From Candidatus Omnitrophota bacterium (GTDB lineage: Bacteria; Omnitrophota; Gorgyraeia; 1-14-0-20-64-10): a DNA stretch of 64,000 nt. The position numbers and the translations under genes were made by a program. This document shows positions 35,901 to 44,121 of this stretch, piece by piece (the first letter of the stretch is position 1; the number at the start of each line of letters is the position of its first letter). The notes beneath the pieces were generated by a model. That model did not search any database. It was not told the DNA's origin and worked only from the letters and a program-made list of their open reading frames with translations. The stretch lies in assembly GCA_016177405.1 (NCBI GenBank), contig JACOVG010000012.1, forward strand, positions 5,385 through 69,384, in the 5' to 3' direction.

Positions 35901-38900
35901 GTGGGTTTCCGCCAACCTGCAGGATGAGACCAAGCTGGAGAACGTTGAGAACCGCCAGAGCTGGCTTAGGTCCGGCGTCAACGCGGCCCAGACGAACGGC
36001 ATGGTTGACGCAACCATTTTTCAGCGGCTGGAGGAAGTCTACAGCGACGCTCCGGTGGCACCCGGCCTGCCCAGCTCCCTTGGCTTTCATTGGGTGCGCA
36101 ACCGGATCCTCCGCCACCTGGTCGAGACGGTTGGGGTCCCGGCAGGCGGGGTTCCGTATGACCGCTGGTACATCGAGCCGGACTATGCCCTGGACGGCAA
36201 GCCGCACACGGTGGAGGAGATGGCCTATCTTTCCTTCATGTCCTGGATGAGCGCCCAGGCGCACGGCTTTCCCTTGGGGCCGGTTGTCCCCAGCTACGGG
36301 AATGTCCACGGCGCCTCGGCGGGCAATCCGTCTCTTGCCCTGGCCGGTGTCCACCAGTACGCGGCCCAGGCGGCGACCCTTTACGGGCAGCCCTTGCCGC
36401 CAGAGCTTCTGGCGATATCCCGGAAGACCCCCCGCGGCTATTCCGACCTGGTCACTTCGGTTGTCGTGAATTTCAAGGATCAAGCGTTGGCGCAGGAGAT
36501 CGTGAAACTCTTTCCTGCCGACGGCCAGCGGACGGCCGCGGAAGAAGAGAGGATGAGGAATTTCGCGCTGGAGCAGTTAAGAAACATTCCAGCCGGCGTG
36601 CTCGGCACGCTGAAACAGGCGGAGCTGGCCATCCTCGAAGAGGTAGGGTTGGCCAAGAAAGAAGCGCGAGATCCCAGGCCGCTTGAGGAGTCGAGCCCAG
36701 AGGTGGCCAGGCGCCTGAAGGAGATTACCACCCAGATGGACGGGAAGATCCAGGCGATGGATCTTAGGCGGCGGGCGGCCATCACCACCCACGCGGCCAG
36801 CGGCCTAAGCGCCGCGCAGTTGAAGGCGGCGCGCGAGGCCGGCATCTGGATTGCCAACAAATCCACCGAGCCTCAAAACATCGTCCTGCGAGTTTTGTCC
36901 CTCTTTGACAAGATCTCCAGCGATGAAGTCGCCGGTTTGGACGCGCTGGCTAAACTCCCTGGAGCTGTCGAGATTTGGAAGGCCCATACCCACGGGATGC
37001 CGGCCCACCAGCGCGAGGAGCTGGCGGGCCGTATGGCCGCGCTGTACCAACAGATGTACGACGGGGTGGTGGAGCGGGCGGTCAAAGCGGCCAAAACTCC
37101 CGAAGAAGCACGGAAAATCCAGCTGGTGACCAAAAGCTACGGCCGGGTCTTTCCCTGGTTCTGGGATCCGCAGGCCGGCTGGTCCATGAATGAGCCGGGC
37201 TTAAGTGACTGGACCAGCGAGTTCGATTGGCTGACCAGCACCCACGGGCGGTACATGTTCGCCCTTCGGAATCCGGATGGGACGCTTCGCTTCCCGAACG
37301 CCCTCACCTGGGGGCTCGATCCGCTGGTGGTGGAGATCTCCCAGCACCTGATTGAGCAGACGATACCCTTCTACCATCGGCCCGATGTCATGAACGCCGA
37401 GGGGGCCGCCCAGGAGTACCGCGATTTCATGGCCGCCAAAACCACCGCCGGTGCGCCGGCCGAAGCCGACCATTGGACCGACAAGCCCCAAGGGCCGAAA
37501 TTGGACGACGCCGGGCTGGAGGAGAGCAACATCGCGAAGGCGAAGGGGCTGGGGAGTATCTTCTGCTTCGACTTTCTTGAGAACATCTCCGATGGCTTGA
37601 TCGAGGCCGCGATCCAGGGGGGCGCCACGGAGTTCACCATGAACCCCTATTCGACAGGGAATTACATCCAGCACCTCCTGACCCTTGCCACCGACGCGGG
37701 CCGCCAAAAGGCCGAGGCCCTCCAGGGGATACAGACTACGGAGCAATGGACAGGGTTCAAGAAGGAGGTGACCGATCTGGTCAAGGCAAAGGATAAGATA
37801 GGGCTGGCGCTGAAGGCGGCGATAGAGCCCTCACCGGATGTGAAGCCGGAGACCGAGCTGGCTCTAGCCAAGGCAGTTGCCCAGGCGATGCTGGCCGAGG
37901 CCGGTGTCGTGAAAGGGATGATGGAGCAATTGTCCCGGGAAGGGAAAAGCGGCGAAGAGGCGTACTGGGTCATCACCAAGTATTTTGCCGGAAAGATTGC
38001 CAGGCGGCTCAAGCCGATCTTTGATGGCTCCCAAGAGAAAACCGGCTACGTCTCCATCGAGGTGGATCCGCGGATCGAGCGGGAGGATTTTGCCGAAAGC
38101 CGCATGGAACCGGGAGCGGCGCGAGATAGAACCACTCGGCATCTTTGGATGGCGGACCGGATGCAGACAGAAACCAGGGATCTGGCCGGGATTGCCTCCA
38201 ACATCCTGGTCAAGGTTCCTGACACCGAGGCAGGGATCGCCACTGTTGGCGTGGTGGATGCCAACTACAATGTGACCCTGGCTTTTGTCGACGATGACGG
38301 TCGGGATGCCATTGCCGCTTTCGAGAAGAGGGGCGATTTGGCCCACCGCCTGCGCGTATCGCCCTTCGCCAGCCGGAACGCCGTCTACTTTGAGGAGTTC
38401 TGGGGCGATCTGATGAAGGAAGCCGACGGCTCCCAGGTGATTGACGGCCACGCCTGCACCATCGCCAATCTTTTCGATGTCTTTGAGGCACTCGGCAGCT
38501 ACGCGGACGGCGCCATCTGGTCCAGTCTCGGCATGAAGGTGAAGGGGGACCCGGGCGAGCTGTACGCCAGGTACGTGGTCGGTGTCGGGATCTTGAACGC
38601 CCCGCCGGAGACGGCCCGCGATTTCAACCGGGCCTCCTTTGAAATCCGGCGCTGGCTGGGTGAGAAAAGTTTGGTGGAGATCCTGACCGATTATTTCCAA
38701 GCGGTGAAAGAGGGCAAGGTCCCCTCGGCGACAGCGAAGTTCCCGGCCTTGATGGACGGTTCGATCTCTCCAGAGGATCTGGCGCGGCAGGCCGTTGGCA
38801 AATGGCACGCCTTGAGGAGTCGGCCGGTGTACCAGGGCCGCTTGACTCAAGTTCTTGAGAGGGTTAAGCAGTTGGAGCTGGCGGCCCAAAAGCCGCGTCC

Positions 38901-39597
38901 CTTCACCCGAGAGGCGCTCGCGATTGTTCAGGCCAGATTGGCGAGCGGCGAGATGATCACCGAGAAAGAGCTGATGCGGGTTGTCTTGAAGAAGGAAGGG
39001 GAGGAGAAGTTCATCGCCCCCTTTGCCGGCGCGATCAAGGCGCTGGATGCCGCCATGCAGCAGATGAAATCCGGCCTGGAGGAGACGGCGGTGCGGGAGG
39101 CCCTGCGGGAGTTCAATGCCTTGAGCGAAATCTTGAGGGTTAGGCAGGGTCATGTCACCGGAAGGGGGCGGCCGATCCTGGTGAATCTTTCCGGTCCCGA
39201 CGGGCCAAGACTTATCGCTGTGGCCCAAGCCCTCGCGCTCATCAGGGCGAAGAATGATAGCTTGAACGAGATTGACTTCCGAGTGGTTGCTCCGGAGTCT
39301 CTCGTGGAGAATCTGCTTGACGGCTTGAAGGGAATCAATCCAGAAGCTGTTTCCTATTGGCTGTTTCCACGCGTCATCTCCTACGACGACTCTGCTCCCG
39401 CGAAACAAAAAGCCGCCTATCAAGATGCCAGGAAAGAGGCCCTGCGGCAATTGGGCGTTCGTGCCGCTTTCAAAGAGATTCGCGAGTTCACCAAGGACTT
39501 GGCGCTTGAGCTTAGGGGCTATTTCCAGGGTGGCGGCCTGCGGTTTGCCACGGAAGAGGCCTTCAGGCGGTTCGAGGCGCTTCTTAAGGCGGCGTAG
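32908..39597 (+). CDS. Giant GLEE-modular secreted multi-enzyme protein (GlpX FBPase + class II FBP aldolase + transaldolase + shared C-terminal domain)
   Basis: 2229-aa ORF; SD GGGAG; signal ending APGYA|LRQTGLEE; GLEE at 33004, 33142, 34639, 37513 and 39073; ends ALLKAA. Confidence 0.87.
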   Translation: MRSKLLKILVARVALFTSVITWAAPGYALRQTGLEESPKERKRLEVALLGTGNPGQDLKNLGAAANRLATDLGFLPAAGLEEGSLGLDDLIKQAGAGSEDERSRAIQALGRFFSGITVDRKRLASFDGGRRVLPDLTPVTSIGALGVVLSNMVGSGDKIGCDSASSSRMNPAVQVVFRVAGHNWWNRAGEGKREGVPDEAQIPPMEKPLVFSAGWVTLYTANDPVDGTTRTSKGQDGGVTLFMVTPDFGRRIPDELRLENVIYAGQKADFSLKRQKFDEIVRRIAASNRKSPSDYEVWVLNRPHGQEIIDLARKAGAKVRLYQDGTVQPSLYLAAFPERNIIVAGRVGATEGKMVAAPLRNVHYPGGGRVWMKARIISENSAYEVAEKRQGGIVYYEPRLDPDGKKVAAKSLTNGNKLSLKDKEALKEAGYAEEEVARIEDGNWELELEDLAPAAGDLSLSYITEPMTGLDGQPLFDWEAEIHGVQKAEGVVSHTLDFAADGIWLVTHRYPDAGLGRIAAQLHEQERVVNLLRKIVFEDPSHNLRQAAQAALREYLPHALGLDFQRRAGLAIAGVAAGLEEAKPVIGYQPKLTLEQNLKAQALFGMGTGSGVTKVDVKYQIRNTAGDPAAFSRLFGELLALSQGDMNKLARIFEEAVQADYVSEEQLAAALQRLAADPGVPYNQPPVSYYNPARYVYARLRNMRGGRMTGWVDAVLEPVAVRVRRHASGKDLSDVRQKAQVVQALQKSWGSGRQEAGSNLPTGPFRYEIFWDSLVEKDGEYYLTLELLLDGGKDYAQGVVLELQVVIPAEGELQQYQNPYTLEIPPDRRAPFSYGLLDSLHFVNTRFPEWRPTAQRDIYDARMKAMQETGVKRQILRPSVRQGNNPRFFEPFFRAYLAGRVPLIYHIVHTRSEREYGNQGGVPSIGNLASAIVRRGGLGVTASWLIENPKEAEPLVGQELVFSYELDHHRIDNVKDAAGFAADFEYLVKAYQEALVTGWVSANLQDETKLENVENRQSWLRSGVNAAQTNGMVDATIFQRLEEVYSDAPVAPGLPSSLGFHWVRNRILRHLVETVGVPAGGVPYDRWYIEPDYALDGKPHTVEEMAYLSFMSWMSAQAHGFPLGPVVPSYGNVHGASAGNPSLALAGVHQYAAQAATLYGQPLPPELLAISRKTPRGYSDLVTSVVVNFKDQALAQEIVKLFPADGQRTAAEEERMRNFALEQLRNIPAGVLGTLKQAELAILEEVGLAKKEARDPRPLEESSPEVARRLKEITTQMDGKIQAMDLRRRAAITTHAASGLSAAQLKAAREAGIWIANKSTEPQNIVLRVLSLFDKISSDEVAGLDALAKLPGAVEIWKAHTHGMPAHQREELAGRMAALYQQMYDGVVERAVKAAKTPEEARKIQLVTKSYGRVFPWFWDPQAGWSMNEPGLSDWTSEFDWLTSTHGRYMFALRNPDGTLRFPNALTWGLDPLVVEISQHLIEQTIPFYHRPDVMNAEGAAQEYRDFMAAKTTAGAPAEADHWTDKPQGPKLDDAGLEESNIAKAKGLGSIFCFDFLENISDGLIEAAIQGGATEFTMNPYSTGNYIQHLLTLATDAGRQKAEALQGIQTTEQWTGFKKEVTDLVKAKDKIGLALKAAIEPSPDVKPETELALAKAVAQAMLAEAGVVKGMMEQLSREGKSGEEAYWVITKYFAGKIARRLKPIFDGSQEKTGYVSIEVDPRIEREDFAESRMEPGAARDRTTRHLWMADRMQTETRDLAGIASNILVKVPDTEAGIATVGVVDANYNVTLAFVDDDGRDAIAAFEKRGDLAHRLRVSPFASRNAVYFEEFWGDLMKEADGSQVIDGHACTIANLFDVFEALGSYADGAIWSSLGMKVKGDPGELYARYVVGVGILNAPPETARDFNRASFEIRRWLGEKSLVEILTDYFQAVKEGKVPSATAKFPALMDGSISPEDLARQAVGKWHALRSRPVYQGRLTQVLERVKQLELAAQKPRPFTREALAIVQARLASGEMITEKELMRVVLKKEGEEKFIAPFAGAIKALDAAMQQMKSGLEETAVREALREFNALSEILRVRQGHVTGRGRPILVNLSGPDGPRLIAVAQALALIRAKNDSLNEIDFRVVAPESLVENLLDGLKGINPEAVSYWLFPRVISYDDSAPAKQKAAYQDARKEALRQLGVRAAFKEIREFTKDLALELRGYFQGGGLRFATEEAFRRFEALLKAA
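33154..34638 (+). other. Module: GlpX-like class II fructose-1,6-bisphosphatase
   Basis: GEGKREGVP..PPM, ANDPVDGTTRTSKG, VWVLNRPHGQEIIDLARKAGAKVRLYQDG, VGATEG. Confidence 0.75.
34651..37512 (+). other. Module containing a class II (Zn) fructose-bisphosphate aldolase-like domain with large insertions
   Basis: ELDHH, SYGNVHGA, TTHAASG, GIWIANKSTE, matching HxDH / GNVHG / HGGSG / KxNxxT in order. Confidence 0.65.
37525..39072 (+). other. Module: transaldolase
   Basis: FTMNP, GYVSIEVDPR, NILVKVPDTEAG (Schiff-base Lys), NVTLAF, SPFASR, WSSLGMK, EGEEKF. Confidence 0.85.
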
Positions 39598-39608
39598 GCG
39601 TCTGACGC

Positions 39609-39637
39609 TTGACCGGCATCGGTGCCGGTGCTAGAAT
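39609..39637 (+). promoter_or_regulatory. sigma70-type promoter with extended -10
   Basis: TTGACC (39609-39614), 17 nt, TAGAAT (39632-39637) preceded by TGn. Confidence 0.6.
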
Positions 39638-39660
39638 CGGGCTGTTTGGAGGTGAAACTT

Positions 39661-39723
39661 GTCATCCTCGCGTAAGCGAGGATCTTCCGTCCTCGTCGGG
39701 ATTCCCGCTTTCGCGGGAATGAC
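39661..39723. repeat. Inverted pair of REP-like palindromes (BIME-like)
   Basis: GTCATCCTCGCGTAAGCGAGGATC (39661-39684) and, on the reverse strand, GTCATTCCCGCGAAAGCGGGAATCC (39699-39723). Confidence 0.8.
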
Positions 39724-39758
39724 GAATTCCAACTTAACAAGAAGGGGGTTTATCTCTC

Positions 39759-40235
39759 ATGGGACAGGGTAAAGCAGGGTGGTGGGTCGCGGGTTTGGCG
39801 GCGGCGGTGGTCTTTATCAGCATCGGTTACGGCATGGGGCGCAGGGCCGGGACGGCCGCCTCATCGGCCTCGCTGGACTTCGCCGGCGCTTCGGCCCCGG
39901 CGATTTCGGTGGAGCCCATCCAGCCGCAGGCGGAATTGGCGGCCATCACGGTGAGCCCTTCGACGCCCGCCGAGCTCGCGGCCATTCAACCCGCCGCCGC
40001 GGAAGCCTCCGCGCCGTTGCCCTTGGAGGAATCGGCCCGGAATCGGAACATTCAGCTGGCCCTGAAGGCCGCCGGGTTTGACCCGGGTTCCGCGGACGGG
40101 AAGATGGGACCCCGCACCCAGACGGCGGTTCGGGATTTTCAGAAAGCCCAGGGGCTGACACCCGACGGCAAGGTGGGCCCCAAAACGTGGAGCAAGCTGG
40201 AAGCCTTTCTTAATAAAAGCGCGTCAAACGACTAA
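39759..40235 (+). CDS. Membrane-anchored peptidoglycan-binding domain protein
   Basis: N-terminal TM; C-terminal IQLALKAAGFDPGSADGKMGPRTQTAVRDFQKAQGLTPDGKVGPKTW (PG_binding_1 pattern). Confidence 0.88.
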   Translation: MGQGKAGWWVAGLAAAVVFISIGYGMGRRAGTAASSASLDFAGASAPAISVEPIQPQAELAAITVSPSTPAELAAIQPAAAEASAPLPLEESARNRNIQLALKAAGFDPGSADGKMGPRTQTAVRDFQKAQGLTPDGKVGPKTWSKLEAFLNKSASND

Positions 40236-40256
40236 GCAGGGAGATTCCAACAGGCG

Positions 40257-40967
40257 ATGAGACACTTCATGAAGACGGGGGTCGGGATTTTTGCTCTCAT
40301 TCTGGCGCTGGCGGGCTGCGGCATCAACTTCTACGCGGGCAGGCCCAGCGACGTCAACCGCATCGGCCAGCTCATGGCCGAGCTGGATCGGATCAAGACG
40401 CAGAAGGATCAGGAGTCCGATCAGCTTCGGGAGGCCAAATCCCTTCTGGAGAGGCGTCTTCAGAAGGAGATCTCCGAGAAGCAGGTGAAGCTGGAGATGG
40501 CCGAGCGGGGCTTGGTCCTCACCTTTGTCGCCGAGGTGCTCTTTGATTCCGGCAAGGCGGCCGTTCGCCCCGAGGCGGGCCAGACCCTGGCGAAGGTGGC
40601 CTCCGTGATTCGGGAGAAGGTCTCCGACCGGAACGTCGGCATCGAGGGCCACACCGACAACGAGCCGATCAAGCATTCCGGATGGAAATCGAACTGGGAG
40701 CTTTCCACCTCCCGGGCCACCAGCGTCCTGCACTTTCTGGAGGACAATGGCGTCAGCCCCAAGCTTCTGGTGGCTTCCGGCTACGGCGAGCACCGGCCCG
40801 TGGCCGGCAACGACGCGGTTGAGGGACGGCAGAAGAACCGCCGCGTGGAGATCGTGATCCTGCCCAAGAAGCTGACCAAGATGGAGCAGGCGGTCCTGCG
40901 GAAGGCCTCGGAGTCCGGAGAGCCTGAAGCGGTTCGCAAGGCCGAGGCGCTGGAAGAGTACAAATGA
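40257..40967 (+). CDS. OmpA/MotB-family lipoprotein
   Basis: Lipobox LAGC; VLFDSGKA, IEGHTDNEPI, NWELSTSRA, GYGEHRPV, NRRVEI. Confidence 0.9.
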   Translation: MRHFMKTGVGIFALILALAGCGINFYAGRPSDVNRIGQLMAELDRIKTQKDQESDQLREAKSLLERRLQKEISEKQVKLEMAERGLVLTFVAEVLFDSGKAAVRPEAGQTLAKVASVIREKVSDRNVGIEGHTDNEPIKHSGWKSNWELSTSRATSVLHFLEDNGVSPKLLVASGYGEHRPVAGNDAVEGRQKNRRVEIVILPKKLTKMEQAVLRKASESGEPEAVRKAEALEEYK

Positions 40968-41011
40968 CCGCGAAGCGGTCATCCCGAGGAGCGCCAGCGA
41001 CGAGGGATCTC
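40964..41011. repeat. REP-like element (same family as 14404-14464)
   Basis: ATGACCGC-GAA-GCGGTCAT hairpin overlapping GTCATCCCGAGGAGCGCCAGCGACGAGGGATCTC. Confidence 0.7.
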
Positions 41012-41013
41012 GC

Positions 41014-41382
41014 ATGGCCGATAAATTAAGAGGGGCCACCCTGGCTTTGGTGGCCGTCAGTGTGGCGGCGCTCCTGGTTTGCCTGGGGGTAGCGGGCAAG
41101 GCCAGGGGCGAGCGGAAGGCCTTGAATTCCTTGAAGAGGGAGGTCCGCCAGATTGCCGAGGCCAACCGCTCCCTCGAGAAAACCCTCCAGCAGTCCCAGG
41201 CCCAGATGGAGCTGGCCCAATCGGCCACCCAGGAGCTCACCCAGGCCCTGGCGCACGAACAGCAGAAGAACGAACATCTCGCCGAAGCGGTCCGCCAATG
41301 GGAAGCCTCCCAAAAGGCCTCCCAGGCGGCCGCGGCCAAGACCCCCGCCAAAAAGACCGTCTCGACCCGACGGTCTCCCTGA
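41014..41382 (+). CDS. Small membrane-anchored coiled-coil hypothetical protein
   Basis: N-terminal hydrophobic helix then Q/E/A-rich heptads; fills the gap before uppS. Confidence 0.65.
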   Translation: MADKLRGATLALVAVSVAALLVCLGVAGKARGERKALNSLKREVRQIAEANRSLEKTLQQSQAQMELAQSATQELTQALAHEQQKNEHLAEAVRQWEASQKASQAAAAKTPAKKTVSTRRSP

Positions 41383-41393
41383 CCGTTTTTCCG

Positions 41394-42140
41394 TTGGCTA
41401 ACCCAAAGGTTTCCGGCCTCGCCGGGTATTCGAAGCTGGATCTCAAGCGCTTGCCCGCGCACGTGGCGATCATCATGGACGGCAACGGGCGCTGGGCCAA
41501 GGGGCGGGGCCTGCCGCGGGTGATGGGCCACCGGGCCGGGATCCAATCGGTTCGGGCCGTGGTGGAGGCCGCCCGGGAGCTTTCGATCCGGGTTCTGACC
41601 CTTTACGCCTTCTCGGTGGAGAACTGGAAACGGAATCCCCAGGAAGTGAAGACCCTCATGCGGCTCTTGAACGAGTACCTGCGCAGGGAGCTTCCCACCC
41701 TGATGGCCAACGAGATCCGCCTCAACGTCCTGGGGGATGTTTCGGGTCTTCCCCCGGGGGTCCAGGAGGAGCTTGAAAGGGTTTTGGCCAAGACCCGCGC
41801 GAACGACAAGATGGTCTTGAACCTTGCCCTCAATTACGGCGCCCGCGCCGAGATCCTCCAGGCGGCCGGGCGGGTCGCCGCGGAGGTCAAGGCCGGGCGG
41901 CTCAAGGAATCGGAGCTCACCGAGGCCGCCTTCAGCCGGTTTCTCTACACCGACGGCCAGCCCGACCCCGACCTCTTGATCCGCACCAGCGGCGAGCACC
42001 GGATCTCCAATTTCCTCCTCTGGCAGATCTCCTACGCCGAGCTGTATCTGACCCCGAGGCTCTGGCCCGATTTCGGGAAGGCCGATTTCCTGGCGGCCCT
42101 CCTGGAGTACCAGGGCCGCGAGCGCCGCTTCGGAGCGTAG
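41394..42140 (+). CDS. uppS: Undecaprenyl diphosphate synthase
   Basis: HVAIIMDGNGRWA, YAFSVENWKR, ALNYGAR, PDLLIRTSGEHRISNFLLWQ; TTG start inferred and uncertain. Confidence 0.93.
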   Translation: MANPKVSGLAGYSKLDLKRLPAHVAIIMDGNGRWAKGRGLPRVMGHRAGIQSVRAVVEAARELSIRVLTLYAFSVENWKRNPQEVKTLMRLLNEYLRRELPTLMANEIRLNVLGDVSGLPPGVQEELERVLAKTRANDKMVLNLALNYGARAEILQAAGRVAAEVKAGRLKESELTEAAFSRFLYTDGQPDPDLLIRTSGEHRISNFLLWQISYAELYLTPRLWPDFGKADFLAALLEYQGRERRFGA

Positions 42141-42146
42141 CCCCCC

Positions 42147-42971
42147 ATGACCAACCTCATCCCAAGGCTCATCACCAGCGCCATCCTGATTGCCCTGGTG
42201 ATCGGGGTGGTTTTCTTTTCACCCGTGTGGGTGTTCACCCTGGTGACGACGGTCTTCATTGGGCTTGCCCTCAACGAGTTCTTCACCCTGGTCGAGCGCA
42301 AGGGGATCCACATCGAGCGGTGGGTGGGGCTGGCCGTGGGGCTGTTGATCCCCCTTTCGATCCATTCCGGCTTTGAGCCGACGCGGGGCTGGGAGCTTTT
42401 CTTCATGGTGGTGGCCTGCCTGGTCCTCTTCATCCTTCAGCTTCGGCGGCGGGACAGCTCCCAGGCGATCGTGGGGATCTCCACCGCCTTGTTCGGGATC
42501 TTCTACATCTCCTGGTGCTTCAGCTTCCTCATCAAGCTCCGTTTCTTGACCGGGCCCGCGCTTCCGGACGGCTCGTGGCTGGTGGTTTTTCTCCTGACGG
42601 CGACCAAGGCCGGCGACGTCGGGGCCTACACCGCGGGCTCCCTCCTGGGGCGGCACACCCTGATCCGCCGGATCAGCCCCTCCAAGACCTGGGAGGGTTT
42701 GGCCGGCGGCCTGCTTTTCAGTCTGGGCGCCGCCCTGGCCCTGCGGCCCGTTTTCTCGCAGGTCCCTGTGGCGCACCTGGCCGTCCTGGGGCTTGTCCTG
42801 GGAATCCTGGGGCAGTTGGGGGACCTTTCGGAATCCTTGATCAAGAGAGACTGTCAGGTGAAAGACTCCGGCAATCTCCTGCCGGGGATGGGCGGGGTGC
42901 TGGACGTTTTGGACAGCCTCCTCTTTACCGCGCCGATCGGCTACTTCTACATGGATAAGTTCTTCGTCTAA
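42147..42971 (+). CDS. cdsA: Phosphatidate cytidylyltransferase
   Basis: Multi-TM; ISPSKTWEG, GDLSESLIKRDCQVKDSG..LPGMGGVLDVLDS. Confidence 0.95.
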   Translation: MTNLIPRLITSAILIALVIGVVFFSPVWVFTLVTTVFIGLALNEFFTLVERKGIHIERWVGLAVGLLIPLSIHSGFEPTRGWELFFMVVACLVLFILQLRRRDSSQAIVGISTALFGIFYISWCFSFLIKLRFLTGPALPDGSWLVVFLLTATKAGDVGAYTAGSLLGRHTLIRRISPSKTWEGLAGGLLFSLGAALALRPVFSQVPVAHLAVLGLVLGILGQLGDLSESLIKRDCQVKDSGNLLPGMGGVLDVLDSLLFTAPIGYFYMDKFFV

Positions 42972-42972
42972 G

Positions 42973-44121
42973 ATGAAAAAAATCATCCTGCTGGGCTCCA
43001 CCGGCTCGATCGGCCTGAACACCCTAAAGGTGGTGGAGGACCACCCCGATCAATTCGAGGTGGTGGGGCTGGCCGCCGGGCGGCAGGTCCGGCCCCTGGC
43101 CGAGCAGATCCGCCGCTTCAAACCCAGGTGGGCGGCCCTGCGGGACGCCTCCGGCTTCAAGGAGCTTAAAAGGCTCGTGAACGGCAGCCGCACCGAGATC
43201 TTAGTCGGCGAGGAGGGCGTTTCAGAGCTGGCGGCCGCCAGTCCCGCCGATGTCGTGGTGGTGGCGATCACCGGGGCGGCCGCGCTTAAACCCACCCTTA
43301 GCGCCATCGCCAAGGGGCGCAGGGTCGGCTTCGCCAACAAGGAGACCCTGGTGATCGCCGGCGAGCTGGTCCTGCGCGAGGCCAAGGCCCGGAAGGCCGT
43401 GCTCCTGCCCATCGACAGCGAGCACTCGGCGATCTTCCAATGCCTCCAGGGCAACGCCCACGCGCCCCTTTCACGGATTCTCTTGACCAGCTCGGGGGGG
43501 CCTTTGAGGAGGGTTCCGGCGAGCGCCTTCGGGCGCCTCACCAAACGGCAGATCATGCGGCACCCGCGTTGGAAGATGGGGCCCAAGATCACCGTGGACT
43601 CCGCCACCATGATGAACAAGGGGCTGGAGGTGATCGAGGCGAGCCGCCTCTTCGGCATTCCGGCAGGCCAGGTGGAGGTGCTGATTCACCCCGAGGCGAT
43701 CGTCCATTCCATGGTCGAGTTCGTGGACGGTTCGGTCCTGGCCCAACTGGGGGTGACCGACATGCGCGGCCCCATTCAATACGCCCTGACCTATCCCGGA
43801 CGCCTGTCCTCCTCTTTGCCCGCGCTCGACCTGGTGAAGGTGAAACAGCTCACCTTCGAGGCGCCTGACCGGAAGAAATTCCCCTGCTTGAGCCTTGGCT
43901 ACCGGGCCGCCCGGCAGGGTGGGACCGCGCCTGCCGTGCTCAACGCGGCCAACGAGACGCTGGTGGCGGCCTTCCTGGGCGGCCGCCTGCCCTTCGTCCG
44001 GATTCCAAGCGGCATCGAGCGGGTCCTGGACCGCCACCACCCTCTCGCCCATCCCGGCCTTGCCCAGATCCTGGAGGCCGATCGCTGGGCCCGCGAAGAG
44101 GCCCGGGGGATTATTCCATGA
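42973..44121 (+). CDS. dxr: 1-deoxy-D-xylulose-5-phosphate reductoisomerase
   Basis: LGSTGSIG, ANKETLV, PIDSEHSAIFQ, HPRWKMGPKITVDSATMMNKGLE, NAANE. Confidence 0.97.
   Translation: MKKIILLGSTGSIGLNTLKVVEDHPDQFEVVGLAAGRQVRPLAEQIRRFKPRWAALRDASGFKELKRLVNGSRTEILVGEEGVSELAAASPADVVVVAITGAAALKPTLSAIAKGRRVGFANKETLVIAGELVLREAKARKAVLLPIDSEHSAIFQCLQGNAHAPLSRILLTSSGGPLRRVPASAFGRLTKRQIMRHPRWKMGPKITVDSATMMNKGLEVIEASRLFGIPAGQVEVLIHPEAIVHSMVEFVDGSVLAQLGVTDMRGPIQYALTYPGRLSSSLPALDLVKVKQLTFEAPDRKKFPCLSLGYRAARQGGTAPAVLNAANETLVAAFLGGRLPFVRIPSGIERVLDRHHPLAHPGLAQILEADRWAREEARGIIP

Noticed and set aside
21698-39084. GLEE DNA repeats as a CRISPR array
   Set aside because: Spacing is irregular (75 bp to several kb), all copies are in frame within coding sequence, and there are no cas genes.
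21698-39084. GGAGG in the motif as internal ribosome-binding sites starting separate proteins
   Set aside because: There is no consistent in-frame ATG/GTG 5-10 nt downstream of the copies and no stop codons upstream.
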